A stretch of DNA of 63,875 nt, the filler included, from Chiloscyllium plagiosum (taxonomy: Eukaryota), in the NCBI RefSeq assembly GCF_004010195.1. It is 3 parts of one record of this genome, joined end to end, with 100 filler letters (N's around TTAATTAATTAA, not from the genome) between each part and the next. Parts side by side here need not be neighbours in the genome. Positions count along the whole stretch, not along the records: positions 1 to 28,156 come from NC_057711.1; 2 more parts are not named here. One strand, 5' to 3'. The notes below the pieces were generated by a model. The model was given only the letters and a program-made list of their open reading frames with translations, was not told the DNA's origin and made no database searches. The translations under genes were made by a program, and so were the position numbers. This document shows, one piece after another, positions 1-13,134 of the stretch; the stretch's first letter is position 1; each line of letters starts with the position of its first letter.

Positions 1-3000
1 GGACAATGTCAGCACAGGGTCCTCTGTACTGTATCGGACTGTGCCAGCACCGGGTCCTCTGTACTTTATCAGTCTCTGCCCGAACATTGTCAGCACAGAG
101 TCCTCTGTACTGTATCAGTCAATGCCCGGACAATGTCAGCACCGCGTCCTCTGTACTGTATCAGTCGGTGCCCGGATAATGTCAGCATAGGTTCTTCTGT
201 ACTGTACCAGACTGCTCCCGGACGTGTCAGCACAGGGTCCTCTGTACTGTATCAGTCTGTGCCAGGACAGTGTCAGCACAGGGTCCTCTGTACTGTATCA
301 GTCTGTGCCCGGATAGTGTCAGCAGTGGGTCCTCTGTCCTGTACCAGACTGCTCCTGGAGAGTGTCAGCTCATAGTGCTATGTACTGTATCAGTCTGTGC
401 CCGGACAGTCTCAGTACAGAGACCTCTGTACTGTATCAGACTGCTCCTGGAGTTTTCCCGGACAGTGTCAGCACAGGGTCCTCTGTACTGTATCGGACTG
501 TGCCAGCACCGGGTCCTCTGTACTTTATCAGTCTCTGCCCGAACATTGTCAGCACAGAGTCCTCTGTACTGTAACAGACTGCTCCCGGACTGTGTCAGCA
601 CCGCGTCCTCTGTACTGTATCAGTCTGTGCCCGGATAATGTCAGCACAGGGTCCTCTGTACTGTGTCAGACTGCTCCCAGACGGTGTCAGCACAGGGTCC
701 TCTGTGATGTATCAGTCTGTGCCCGGACAATGTCAGAACAGTGTCCTGTGTACTGTATCAGTCTATGCCTGGACAGTGTCAGCACAGGGCCCTCTGTACT
801 GTACCAGACTGCTCGTGGACAGTGTCAGCACATGGTCCTCTGTACTGTACCAGTCTGTGCCCGGACAGTGTCAGCACAGAGTCCTCTGTACTCTATCGGT
901 CTGTGCTTGACCGTGTCCGGACAGTGTCAGCACAGGGTCCTCTGTTCTGTACCAGACTGCTCCCGAACATTATCAGCATAAGGTCCTTTTTACTGTATCA
1001 GTCTGTGCCTGGACAGTGTCAGCACATGGTCCTCTGTACTGTATCAGTCTGTGCCTGGACAGTGTCAGCACAGGGTCCTCTGTATTGTACCATACTGCTC
1101 CTGGATAGTGTCAGCACATGGTGTTATGTACTGTATCAGTCTGTGCCTGGACAGTGTCAGCACAGGGTCCTCTGTATTGCAACAGTCTGTGCCCAGACAG
1201 TGTCTGCACAGGGTCCTCTATACTGTCTCAGTCTATGCCCGGATAATGTCAGCACAGGGTCCTCTGTACTGTATCAGTCTGTGCCCGGAGAGTGTCTGCA
1301 CAGCGTCCTCTGTACTGTACCAGATTGCTCCCGGACAGTGTTAGGACATGGTCCTCTGTATGGTATCAGTCTGTGTCCGGACAGTGTCAACACAGGGTAG
1401 TCTCTACTGTATCAGACTGCTCGCGGACAGTGACTGCCCAGGGTCCTCTATACTGTATCAGTCAATGCCCGGATAATGTCAGCATAGGGTCTTCTGTACT
1501 GTACCAGACTGCTCCCAGACGTGTCAGCACAGGGTCCTCTCTACTGTATCAGTCTGTGCCAGGACAGTGTCAGCACACGGTCCTCTGTACTGTATCAGTC
1601 TGTGCCCGGACAATGTCAGAACAGTGTCCTGTGTACTGTATCAGTCTATGCCTGGACAGTGTCAGCACAGGGCCCTCTGTACTGTAACCAGACTGCTCCT
1701 GGACCGTGTCAGCACATGGTCCTCTGTACTGTACCAGTCTGTGCCCGGACAGTGTCAGCACAGAGTCCTCTGTACTCTATCGTCTGTGCTTGCACAGTGT
1801 CCGCACAGGGTCCTTTGTCCTGTATCAGACTGTGCGCAGACAGTGTCAGCACAGGGTCCTCTCTACTGAATCAGTCTGTGTCTGGACAGTGTCAGGACAG
1901 GGTCCTATGTACAGTATCAGACTGCTCCCGGACAGTGTCAGCACAGGGTCCTCTGTCCTGTATCAGTCTGTGCCTGGACAGTGTCAGCACAGTGTCCTCT
2001 GTATTGTATCAGACTGCTCCTGGACAGTGTCAGCACAGGGTCCTCTCTACTGTATCAGACTGTGCCTGGACAGTGTCAGCACAGGGTACTCTAAACTGTA
2101 TGATTCTGTGCCCGGGCACTGTCAGCACAGGGTCCTCTGTACTGTATGATTCTGTGCCCGGGCACTGTCAGCACAGGGTCCTCTGTACTGTATCATTCTG
2201 TGCCCGGACAGGGTCAGCACATGGTCCTCTGTACTGTATCAGACTGCTCCTGGACAGTGTCAGCACAGAGTCCTCTGTCCTGTATCAGACTGCTCCTGGA
2301 CAGTGTCAGCACAGGGTCCTCTGTCCTGTATCAGACTGCTCCTGGACAGTATCAGCACAAGGTCCTCTGTCCTGTATCAGTCTGTGCCTGGACAGGGTCA
2401 GCACAGGGTCCTCTGTACTGTATCAGACTGCTTCCGGACAGTGTCAACACAGGGTCCTCTGTCCTGTATCAGACTGCTCCTGGACAGTGTCAGCACAGGG
2501 TCCTCTGTCCTGTATCAGTCTGTGTCTGGACAGTGTCAGCACATGGTCCTCTCTACTGTATCAGACTGCTTCTGGACAGTGTCAGCACAGGGTCCTCTGT
2601 ACTGTATCAGACTGCTTCCGGACAGTGTCAGCACAGGGTCCTCTCTACTGTATCAGACTGCTTCCGGACAGTGACAGCACAGGGTCCTCTGTACTGTATC
2701 AGACCGTGCCCAGACAGTGTCAGCACAGCCTCCTCTGTCCTGTATCAGTCTGTGCCTGGACAGTGTCTGCATAGGGTCCTCTCTACTGTATCAGACTGCT
2801 TCCGGACAGTGTTAGCACAGGGTCCTCTGTACTGTATCAGTCGGTGTCCGGACAGTGTCAGCACAGTATCCTCTGTACTGTACCAGATTGCCCCGGACAG
2901 TGATAGGACACGGTCCTCTGTATGGTATCAGTCTGTGTCCGGACATTGTCAACACAGGGTCCTCCCTACTGTATCAGACTGCTCGCGGACAGTGTCTGCA

Positions 3001-6000
3001 CAGGGTCCTCTATACTGTCTCAGTCTGTGCCCGGATAATGTCAGCACAGTGTCCTCTGTACTGTATCAGTCTGTGCCCAGACAGTGTCTGCACAGCGTCC
3101 TCTGTACTGTACCGGATTGCTCCCGGACAGTGTTAGGACATGGTCCTCTGTATGGTATCAGTCTGTGTCCGGACAGTGTCATCACAGGGTCCTCTCTACT
3201 GTATCAGACTGCTCGCGGACAGTGACTGCCCACGGTCCTCTATACTGTATCAGTCAATGCCCGGAAAATGTCAGCACCGCGTCCTCTGTACTGTATCAGT
3301 CTGTGCCCGGATAATGTCAGCATAGGGTCTTCTGTACTGTATCAGTCTGTGCCCGGACAGTGTCTGCACAGCGTCCTCTGTACTGTACCAGATTGCTCCC
3401 GGACAGTGTTAGGACATGGTCCTCTGTATGGTATCAGTCTGTGTCCGGACAGTGTCAACACAGGGTCCTCTCTACTGTATCAGACTGCTCGCGGACAGTG
3501 ACTGCCCAGGGTCCTCTATACTGTATCAGTCAATGCCCGGAAAATGTCAGCACCGCGTCCTCTGTACTGTATCAGTCTGTGCCCGGACAGTGTCTGCACA
3601 GCGTCCTCTGTACTGTACCAGATTGCTCCCGGACAGTGTTAGGACATGGTCCTCTGTATGGTATCAGTCTGTGTCCGGACAGTGTCAACACAGGGTCCTC
3701 TCTACTGTATCAGACTGCTCGCGGACAGTGTCTGCACAGGGTCCTCTATACTGTCTCAGTCTATGCCCGGATAATGTCAGCAGCTCCTGGACAGTGTCAG
3801 CACAGGGTCCTCTGTCCTGTATCAGTCTGTGCCTGGACAGTGTCAGCACAGGGTCCTCTCTACTGTATCAGACTGTGCCTGGACAGTGTCAGCACAGGGT
3901 ACTCTAAACTGTATGATTCTGTGCTCGGACACTGTCAGCACAGGGTCCTCTGTACTGTATCAGTCTGTGCCTGGACAGGGTCAGCACAGGGTCCTCTGTA
4001 CTGTATCAGACTGCTTCCGGACAGTGTCAGCACAGGGTCCTCTGTCCTGTATCAGACTGCTCCTGGACAGTGTCAGCACAGGGTCCTCTGTCCTGTATCA
4101 GACTGTGCCCAGACAGTGTCAGCACAGCCTCCTCTGTCCTGTATCAGTCTGTGTCTGGACAGTGTCAGCACATGGTCCTCTCTACTGTATCAGACTGCTT
4201 CTGGACAGTGTCAGCAAGGGTCCTCTGTACTGTATCAGACTGCTTCCGGACAGTGTCAGCACAGGGTCCTCTCTACTGTATCAGACTGCTTCCGGACAGT
4301 GACAGCACAGGGTCCTCTGTACTGTATCAGACTGTGCCTGGACAGTGTCTGCACAGGGTCCTCTCTACTGTATCAGACTGATTCCGGACAGTGTCAGCAC
4401 AGGATCCTCTGTACTGTATCAGACTGTGCCCAGACAGCTTCAGCACAGGGTCCTCTGTCCTGTATCAGACTGCTCCTCGACAGTGTCAGCACAGGGTCCT
4501 CTGTCCTGTATCAGTCTGTGCCTGGACAGTGTCAGCACAGGGTCCTCTCTACTGTATCAGACTGCTTCCGGACAGTGTTAGCATAGGGTCCTCTGTACTG
4601 TATCAGACTGTGCCCAGACAGTGTCAGCACAGGGTCCTGTGTCCTGTATCAGACTGTGCCCGGACAGTGTCAGCATATGGTCCTCTGTACTGTACCAGAC
4701 TGTGTCCGGACAGTGTCAGCACAATATCCTCTGTACTGTACCAGATTGCCCCGGACAGTGTTAGGACACGGTCCTCTGTATGGTATCAGTCTGTGTCCGG
4801 ACAGTGTTCGGTCTGTGCTTGGACAGTGTCCGCACAGGGTCCTTTGTCCTGTATCGGACTGTGCCCAGACAGTGTCAGCACAGCCTCCTCTGTCCTGTAT
4901 CAGTCTGTGCTTGGACAGTGTCAGCACAGGGTCCTCTCTACTGTATCAGACTGCTTCCGGACAGTGTCAGCACAGGGTCCTCTGTACTGTATCAGACTGG
5001 GCCCAGACAGTGTCAGCACAGGGTCCTCTGTCCTGTATCAGTCTGTGCCTGGACAGTGTCAGCACAGGGTCCTCTCTACTGTATCAGACTGTGCCTGGAC
5101 AGTGTCAGCACAGGGTACTCTAAACTGTATGATTCTGTGCCCGGACAGTGTCAGCACAGGGTCCTCTCTACTGTATCAGACTGTGCCTGGACAGTGTCAG
5201 CACAGGGTACTCTAAACTGTATGATTCTGTGCCCGGACACTGTCAGCACAGGGTCCTCTGTACTGTATCATTCTGTGCCCGAACATTGTCAGCACAGAGT
5301 CCTCTGTACTGTATCTGACTGCTCCCGGACTGTGTCAGCACCGCGTCCTCTGTACTGTATCAGTCTGTGCCCGGATAATGTCAGCACAGGGTCCTCTGTA
5401 CTGTGTCAGACTGCTCCCGGACGGTGTCAGCACAGGGTCCTCTGTGCTGTATCAGTCTGTGCCCGGACAATGTCAGAACAGTGTCCTGTGTACTGTATCA
5501 GTCTATGCCTGGACAGTGTCAGCAGAGGGCCCTCTGTGCTGTACCAGACTGCTCGTGGACAGTGTCAGCACATGGTCCTCAGTACTGTACCAGTCTGTGC
5601 CCGGACAGTGTCAGCACAGAGTCCTCTATACTCTATCGGTCTGTGCTTGGACAGTGTCCGCACAGGGTCCTTTGTCCTGTATCAGACTGTGCCCAGACAG
5701 TGTCAGCACAGGGTCTTCTCTACTGAATCAGTCTGTGTCTGGACAGTGTCAGGACAGGGTCCTATGGACAGTATCAGACTGCTCCCGGACAGTGTCAGCA
5801 CAAGGTCCTCTCTACTGTATCAGTCTGTGCCTGGACAGTGTCAGCACAGTGTCTTCTGTACTGTATCAGACTGCTCCTGGACAGTGTCAGCTCAGGGTCC
5901 TCTGTCCTGTATCAGTCTGTGCCTGGACAGTGTCAGCACAGGGTCCTCTCTACTGTATCAGACTGTGCCTGGACAGTGTCAGCACAGGGTACTCTAAACT

Positions 6001-7200
6001 GAATGATTCTGTGCCCGGACACTGTCAGCACAGGGTCCTCTGTACTGTATCATTCTGTGCCCGGACAGTGTCAGCACATGGTCCTCTGTACTGTACCAGA
6101 CTGTGTCCGGACAGTGTCAGCACAGTGTCCTCTGTACTGTACCAGATTGCTCCCGGACAGTGTTAGGACACGGTCCTCTGTATGGTATCAGTCTGTGTCC
6201 GGATATTGTCAACACAGGGTCCTCCCTACTGTATCAGACTGCTCGCGGACAGTGTCTGCACAGGGTCTTCTGTACTGTACCAGACTGTGTCCGGACAGTG
6301 TCAGCACAGTGTCCTCTGTACTGTACCAGATTGCTCCCGGACAGTGTTAGGACACGGTCCTCTGTATGGTATCAGTCTGTGTCCGGACAGTGTCAACACA
6401 GGGTCCTCTCTACTGTATCAGTCTATGCCCGGACAATGTCAGCACAGGGTCCTCTGTACTATATCAGTCTGTGCCCTGACAGTGTCAGCATAGGGTCTTC
6501 TGTACTGCATCAGACCGTGTCCGGACAGTGTCAGCACAGGGTCCTCTGTACTGTACGAGACTGCTCCCGAACATTGTCAGCACAAGGTCCTTTTTTACTG
6601 TATCAGTCTGTGCCTGGACAGTGTCAGCACAGGGTCCTCTGTATTGCAACAGTCTGTGCCCAGACAGTGTCAGCACAGGGTCCTCTGTCCTGTACCATAC
6701 TGCTCCTGGATAGTGTCAGCACATGGTGTTATGTACTGTATCAGTCTGTGCCCGGACAGTCTCAGTACAGAGACCTCTGTACTGTATCAGACTGCTCCTG
6801 GAAAGTGTCAACACAGTGTCCTCTGTACTGTATCTGTCTGTCCCTGGACAGTGTCCGCACAGAGTCCTTTGTGCTGTACTAGACTGCTCCCAGACAGTGT
6901 CAGCGCAGGGTCCTCTGTACTGTATCAGTCTGTGCCCGGACATTGTCAGCACAGGGTCCTCTCTACTGTACCAGACAGCTCCCGGACAGTGTCAGCACAG
7001 AGTCCTCTGTACTGTATCAGTCTGTGCCCAGACATTGTCAGTACAGGGTCCTCTGTAGTGTATCAGTCTGTGCCCAGACAGTGTGAACACAAGGTGCTCC
7101 GAATTGTATCCGTCTGTTCCCGGACATTGTCAGCACTGGGTCCTCTGTACTGTGTCAGACTGTGCCCAGACAGTCTCAGTACAAGGCTGTCTATTCTATA
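1..7200. repeat. Tandem satellite/minisatellite, 46-bp unit (consensus GGACAGTGTCAGCACAGGGTCCTCTGTACTGTATCAGTCTGTGCCC), about 155 diverged copies, open at the left edge
   Basis: Unit read directly (AGCACA at 1021 and 1067, 46 bp apart). Variants recur throughout and decay near 7080-7215. The many Cys-rich ORFs here are the three-frame translation of this unit. Confidence 0.97.
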
Positions 7201-7239
7201 TCAGTATTGTACTGCCAGTGTGTGCGAGGGGCACAGTGT

Positions 7240-7540
7240 TGAGTCTCTCCCCCCGGGTCACACTGCAGATTGTTACAATCACCTCCCATTGTCCCCGGAC
7301 GTTCTACCATTGTTTGTTTATTTGTTTTGTTGCAGTAAAAACCGAAAGCTTCGTGCACTTCCCCCCGTGGGGAGAGCAGGCCATCACATTAACGTCGCCG
7401 CTCAGCCCTGGCGAAGTCATCAAACGCAAAACCCAAGCAGGAACCGATTATCCGAGAGTGGATCGTGTGTTCGCTGAGAGAGCGGCCTTCTCAATGAACT
7501 GCTGCTGGTTCAGTTTCAAAAGAGAACCGCTAAATTAGCC
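7240..7540 (+). promoter_or_regulatory. CpG-enriched unique segment, candidate MFSD3 promoter or first-exon region
   Basis: Roughly 17 CpG in 300 bp of non-repeat sequence against a CpG-poor background, about 5.6 kb upstream of the first coding exon. Function is inference. Confidence 0.3.
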
Positions 7541-7618
7541 CATGGTCTGGTGGCTATATTCCTTAATGTGACATTGTCCATTATAACTCATATCTCACGT
7601 TTTGCCTATGCCACCTAG

Positions 7619-7664
7619 GTTCATCAGCCGAACAAGAATGTTGTGGAGACCCCAGCAAATAAGG
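7619..7664 (+). other. Candidate 46-nt 5'-UTR exon of MFSD3
   Basis: Pyrimidine-rich tract ending in TAG (AG at 7617-7618) and a donor GG|GTGAGT at 7665. The first coding exon has an acceptor at 13070, so an upstream exon is needed. No transcript evidence. Confidence 0.3.
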
Positions 7665-7859
7665 GTGAGTCTCCAAGCCACTTAAGAACGGATCAAGAAC
7701 GTATTTCTTTAAAATATTTTTGCTTATTATAGTTCCAAAAATGACTTTTTGGCATGTAGTCAATCTCATCCAATTGAATTATGATGAATTTTTTTTTTGC
7801 TTTTTTAATTCTGGACATTGGTAGAATTATTTTATAGATTTATATGTATTTATTTATAG

Positions 7860-8330
7860 TCATACAGTATGGAAACAGAGAACCAGTCCATGACCACCAT
7901 GTTCCCAAACTAAACTAGTCCCACCTGCCTTGTTTGGCCCATATCCCTCAAAATCTTTCTTATTCATGTTCCTAACCAAATGTCTTTTGAACATTCTAGC
8001 TGGACCTGCATCTACCACTTCCTCTGACAGTTTAAATCCACACAGGAACCACTCTCTGTAAAAAACCGAATTGCCTCTCATGTCCTTTTTGAATCTTGCT
8101 CATCACCCCTTAAAAATATGCCCACTAGTTTGGACCTCTTTGCCTCTGGGAAAAGACCTTTGCTATTCACCCTTTCTATTCCCCTCATGATTTTATAAAC
8201 CTCTATAAGGTCAACTGTCAATCTCCTACCCTCCAGTGAAAGAAGTCCCAGTTTATCCAGCCTTTTTAATGTATATTATTCAAACTCTCCTTTACTGGCA
8301 ACATCTTGGTAAATCTTTTCTGAACATGTT
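7860..8330 (-). mobile_element. CR1-type LINE 3' fragment (HER1-like)
   Basis: Similar to 9919-10400; the minus-strand translation resembles the CR1 ORF2 C-terminus (EEVVDAG...FKRHL..NMNKK..EGYGP). Confidence 0.85.
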
Positions 8331-9212
8331 TTAGGTGATCTTGTGAGGGCCAGGTATTTAGTGGCAAGAGATCAAATGTTACGTCCAACCAGAGTTTGCA
8401 AACCCAACTTCACACAGCTTGACATCTATTGCCTCCATAAACTCCACTTGTTGTAAATTGCTACGCTTGCTTTTAGAAATATATCACAGCTGGGTACCAC
8501 CTATTTGCAGCCCTCATCCCTTTATATTTTACTATTGCATTAAATAAATTTAGGACTTTCCACTTTTTCATCCTTTCGCTTCATTGTATCTTTACAGTCT
8601 TTTTCCATCTTATATTCCTTTTTGTCCTAACAGAAAAGAAACTATTCTTTTGATACCTTGACTTTTGTAAAGCTTCACCTTCATTTGTTTGCTGAAGAAG
8701 GAGTTAGTCAGACATCTTGACTTTCAACTTTAGACCACACTAAATTCTTCCACAACCCCTTAGCATCTTATAATATTTATTGCAACATATCTTGCTAATT
8801 AAGCCCAAAACATCTTAATCTATCCTTAGCATTGAATCCACTTATTTAATTGTATGAACTATATGAAATATGGATTGTATGAAAACCAGAAAAAGAAAGT
8901 TTTCATTTGAAAACTAATTACTGACAGTGAAATGAAATCTAGATTTGCCACATGTATCTTGATTTTTAGGACTGGGGGATTGTGGAGATTGGGACCAGTT
9001 TGGGCGAGGGATCAGAGAACTGATGGGAGTGGGGATCTGAGAAGAGCATGGAAAGGAGCCAGAGGGAGAGAGGCCCTTCCAGTTCCTGGGCCTTCCTTGT
9101 ACCCACAGTCTTAGTTCCTTGTGCCCTTCCTCCCTACTCCCCCAGTTCTGGGTCTTCCTTGCGCCCCATCCCATCCACCTAGGTCTCTGGCCTTCCTTGT
9201 CATCCCCACTCT

Positions 9213-9506
9213 GGGAAGCAATGGCCCAGTGGTATTTTCACTGGACTGTTAATCCAGAGACCCAGGTTATGTTCTGGGGATTTGGGTTCAAGTCCTGCTG
9301 CAGCAGATGAACTCAATAACAATTTGGAATTAAGAGACGAATGATGATGGTGAAATTGTTGACGATTGTTGGGGAAAACCCCGTTTGGATCACTAATATT
9401 CTTTAAGGAAAGAAACTATCATCCTTATCTGCACTGGCCCACGTTTGACTCCAGACCCACAGCACTGTGGGTGATTCTTACCTGCATTCTGGGCAATAAG
9501 GGATGA
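9213..9506 (+). mobile_element. tRNA-derived SINE (called family B here)
   Basis: Box A-like TGGCCCAGTGG and box B-like GGTTCAAGTCC. Body and tail recur at 12485-12655, 32965-33258 (-), 46333-47265 and 51140-51480 (-). Confidence 0.75.
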
Positions 9507-9915
9507 TTTCTGAACCCTCTTCCCTTTTCACTTGAGGGACCTCCTATTTCCCCGTCCCAGTCCCATATCCCCTTTCCTCACCACTGAAGCCCAGTTCAAA
9601 ATTGCATGCACTATCCTGTGCAAATGCAGTATTTTCTATAGTGACCTTGTACAACTTGATTTTCTTTAGCAGTTTTCCATAGCACAGTTTTCTATAGCAG
9701 AACGACCTGTGCCAGCCTCTGTGGAGTTATTTCAGTGACATGTTGTGTTTGTGACCATGTGAATGCATATTCCTGAAGGAGCATACATATTCCAGAGTTG
9801 AGTGGCAACATCTCTAAACAGTTTGATTAAAAGTCTGAAATCTAGATTTGACAGATTTCTCTTTTTGATTTTTCAAATGTAAACTATTTTAATGTCACTT
9901 TGTTATGAAAATTGT

Positions 9916-12468
9916 TATAGAGTCATAGAGATGTACAGCATGGAAACAGACCCTTCGGTCCAACCCGTCCATGCCGATCAGATATCCCAACCCAATCTAG
10001 TCCCACCTGCCAGCACCGGGCCCATATTCCTCCAAACCCTTCCTATTCATATACCCATCCAAATTCCTCTTAAATGTTGCATTTGTACCAGCCTCCACCA
10101 CATGCTCTGGCAGCTCATTCCAAACACGTACCACCCTCTGCGTGAAAATGTTGCCCCGTGAGTCTCTTTTATATCTTTCCCCTCTCACCCTAAATCTATA
10201 CCTTCTAGTTCTGGACTCCCCAACCGCAGGGAAAAGTCTTTGCCTATTTACCCTACCCATGCCCCTCATAATTTTGTAAACCTCGATAAGGTCACTCCTC
10301 AGCCTCTGACACTCCAGGGAAAACAGCCACAGCCTGTTCAGCCTCTCCCTATAGTTCAAACCTCCAACCCTGGCAACTTCTTGGAAATATTTTCTGAATG
10401 CCTTTCAAGTTTCACAACATCTTTCCATTAAGAAGGAGACCAGAATTGCACGCAATATTCCAACAGTGGCCTAACCAATGTCCTGTACAGTCGCAACATG
10501 ACCTTCCAATCCCTGTACTCAATACTCTGACCAATAAAAGAAACGATATCAAACACCTTCTTCAGTATCCTATCTACCTGCGACTCCACTTTCAAGGAGC
10601 TATGAACCTGCACTCCAAGGTCTCTTTGTTCAGCAACACTCCCTAGGACATTACCATTAAGTGTATAAGTCCTGCTAAGATTTGCTTTCCCAAAATGCAG
10701 CACCTCGCATTTATCTGAATTAAATTCCATCTGCCACTTCTCAGCCCATTGGCCCATCTGATCAAGATCCTGTTGTAATCTAAGGTAACCTTCTTTGCTG
10801 TCCACTACTCCTCCAATTTTGGTGTCATCTCCAAACTTACTAACTGTACCTCTTATGCTCGCATCCAAATCATTTATGTAAATGACAAAAAGTAGAGGAC
10901 CGAGTAGCGATCCTTGTGGCACTCCACTAGGCCTCCAGTCTGAAAAAAACCCTCCATCACCACCCTCTGTCTTCTACCTTTGAGCCAGTTCTGTATCCAA
11001 ATGGCTAGTTCTCCCTGTATTCCGTGAGATCTAACCTTGTTAATCAGTCTCCCATGGGGAACCTTGTCGAACGCCTTACTGAAGTCCATATCACATCTAC
11101 CGCTCTGCCCTCATCAATTCTCTTTGTTACTTCCTCAAAAAATGTAATCAAGTTTGTGAGACATGATTTCCCACGCACAAAGCCATGTTGACTATCCCTA
11201 ATCAGTCCTTGCCTTTCCAAGTACATGTACATCCTGTCTCTCAAGATTCCCTCCAACAACTTGCCCGTCACCAACATTAGGCTCTCTGGTTTACAGTTCC
11301 CTGGCTTGTCCTTACCACCTTTCTTAAACAGTGGCACCACGTTAGCCAACCTCCAGTCTTCCAGCACCTCACCTGTGACTATCGATGATACAAATATCTC
11401 AGCAAGAGGCCCAGCAATCACTTTCCTGGCCTCCCATAGAGTTCTAGGGTACACCTGCTCAGGTCCTGGGGATTTATCCAACTTTACCCGTTTCGAGACA
11501 TCCAGCACTTCCTCCTCTGTAATATGGACATTTTGCAAGATGTCACCATCTATTTCCCTACAGTCTATATCTTCCATACCCTTTTCCACAGTAAATACTG
11601 ATGCAAAATACTCGTTTAGTATCTCCCTCATTTTCTGCGGCACCACATAAAGGCCACCCTGCTGATCTTTAAGGGGCTCTATTCTCTCCCTAGTTACCCT
11701 TTTATCCTTAACTCTATTTGCCAAAGCTATCTCATGTCTCCTTTTTGCCCTCCTGATTTCCCTCTTAAGTATACTCCTACTCCTTTATACTCTTCTAAGT
11801 ATTCACTCGATCTATCCTGTATATACCTTACATATGCTTCCTTCTTTTTCGTAACCAAACCCTCAATTTCTTTACTCATCCAGCATTTCCTATACCTACC
11901 AGCCTTTCCTTTCACCCCAACAGGAATATACTTTCTTTGGACTCTTGTTATCTAATTTCTGAAGGCTTCCCATTTTCCAGCCGTCCCTTTATCTGTCCCC
12001 AGTCAGGTTTCGAAAGTTCTTGCCTACTACCGTCAAAATTGGCCTTTCTCCAATTTAGAACTTCAACTTTTAGATCTGGTCAATCCTTTTCCATCACTAT
12101 TTTAAAACTAATAGAATTATGATCACTGGTCCCAAAGTGCTCTCCTCAGTCACCTGCCCTGCCTTATTTCCCAAGAGTAGATCAAGTTTTGCAACTTTTC
12201 TAGTAGGTACATCCACATACTGAATCAGAAAACTGTCTTGTACACACTTAACAAATTCCTATGCATCTAACCCTTTAATACTATGGCAGTCCCAATCTAT
12301 ATTTGGAATGTTAAAATTCCCTTCCATAACCACCCTATTATTCTTACAGATAGCTGAGATCTCCTTACAAGTTTGTTTTCAATTTCCCTCTGACTATTAG
12401 GGCGTCTATAATACAATCCCAATAAGGTTATCATCCCTTTCTTATTTCTCAGTTCCACCCAAATAACT
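9916..12468 (-). mobile_element. 5'-truncated CR1-type LINE (HER1-like), ORF2 endonuclease/RT pseudogene
   Basis: Frameshifted ORFs contain KSPGPE, NVVPLFKKG, QHGFVRGKSCLTNL, DFSKAFDKVPH, PQGSLLGPLLF, FGDDTK and RPLLEYCVQFWSP; short tandem tail at 9916-9930. Confidence 0.95.
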
Positions 12469-12484
12469 TAGATTTTAAAAAAAA

Positions 12485-12655
12485 CTAGGTCACTAATATT
12501 GAAAGAAGAAAATCTGCCCTATGTGCCTGGTGCAGCCTACATGTGATTCCTGATCAACAGCAATGTTGTCTCCTCCTAATTATTCTCTGGGCAATTAAGA
12601 ATGGGCAATAAATGTTGGTCTAGCCAGAGACAACTACATCCCATGAATTATTAAA
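12485..12655 (+). mobile_element. SINE family B, 3' half
   Basis: Matches 9385-9506 and ends in the shared tail GGGCAATAAATGTTGGTCTAGCCAG...CATCCCATGAAT. Confidence 0.7.
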
Positions 12656-13094
12656 AAACCTTATTTACTGCTGTGTTTAACTCAATGATTAAAACTAATC
12701 TGAGCACAATATGGCCCCGCAAATGACAAACACTTGTTGACCACTTTCAGTGATGTTAGAAATCCTAAATTGCCTTTTAAACAGTATTCGCATTTGGATA
12801 TTGGAGCTCTATTTTCACTGGTAAAATTGTAATTGTAAACACCAACTTAATTAACTCATACACTACAGCACTTATAAGAGCGTATTTAATCAGTTTTAAA
12901 ATCATATACAATTAGTGCCTGTAGTAAATCTACTTTATTAATAAGATGTTTTATTCTTTAATATTGAGCCAACAATTTGAAAATTAACACCTAAAACACT
13001 GCTACTTTAAGATACAAATGAAGTTATTAGTGTTGGGTATAAAGAATTGTTGTCTTTGTTCTTGTTGCAGATATTGAATTCATCACTGATATAC

Positions 13095-13133
13095 ATGGAA
13101 GTGTTTGATTTACCTTGGAGAACATCCAATTGA
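13095..13133 (+). promoter_or_regulatory. Upstream ORF (MEVFDLPWRTSN*) ending 1 nt before the MFSD3 start codon
   Basis: ATG at 13095, TGA at 13131-13133, main ATG at 13135; lies downstream of the acceptor at 13070. Translation of it is inference. Confidence 0.5.
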
Positions 13134-13134
13134 A

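Noticed and set aside
1..7200. CRISPR-like array
   Set aside because: Units are contiguous with no unique spacers, there are no cas genes, and the context is eukaryotic.
133..7538. Dozens of long Cys-rich ORFs that look like a repetitive or metal-binding protein
   Set aside because: They are translations of a 46-bp satellite in all three frames, with no preferred frame, start context or splice structure.
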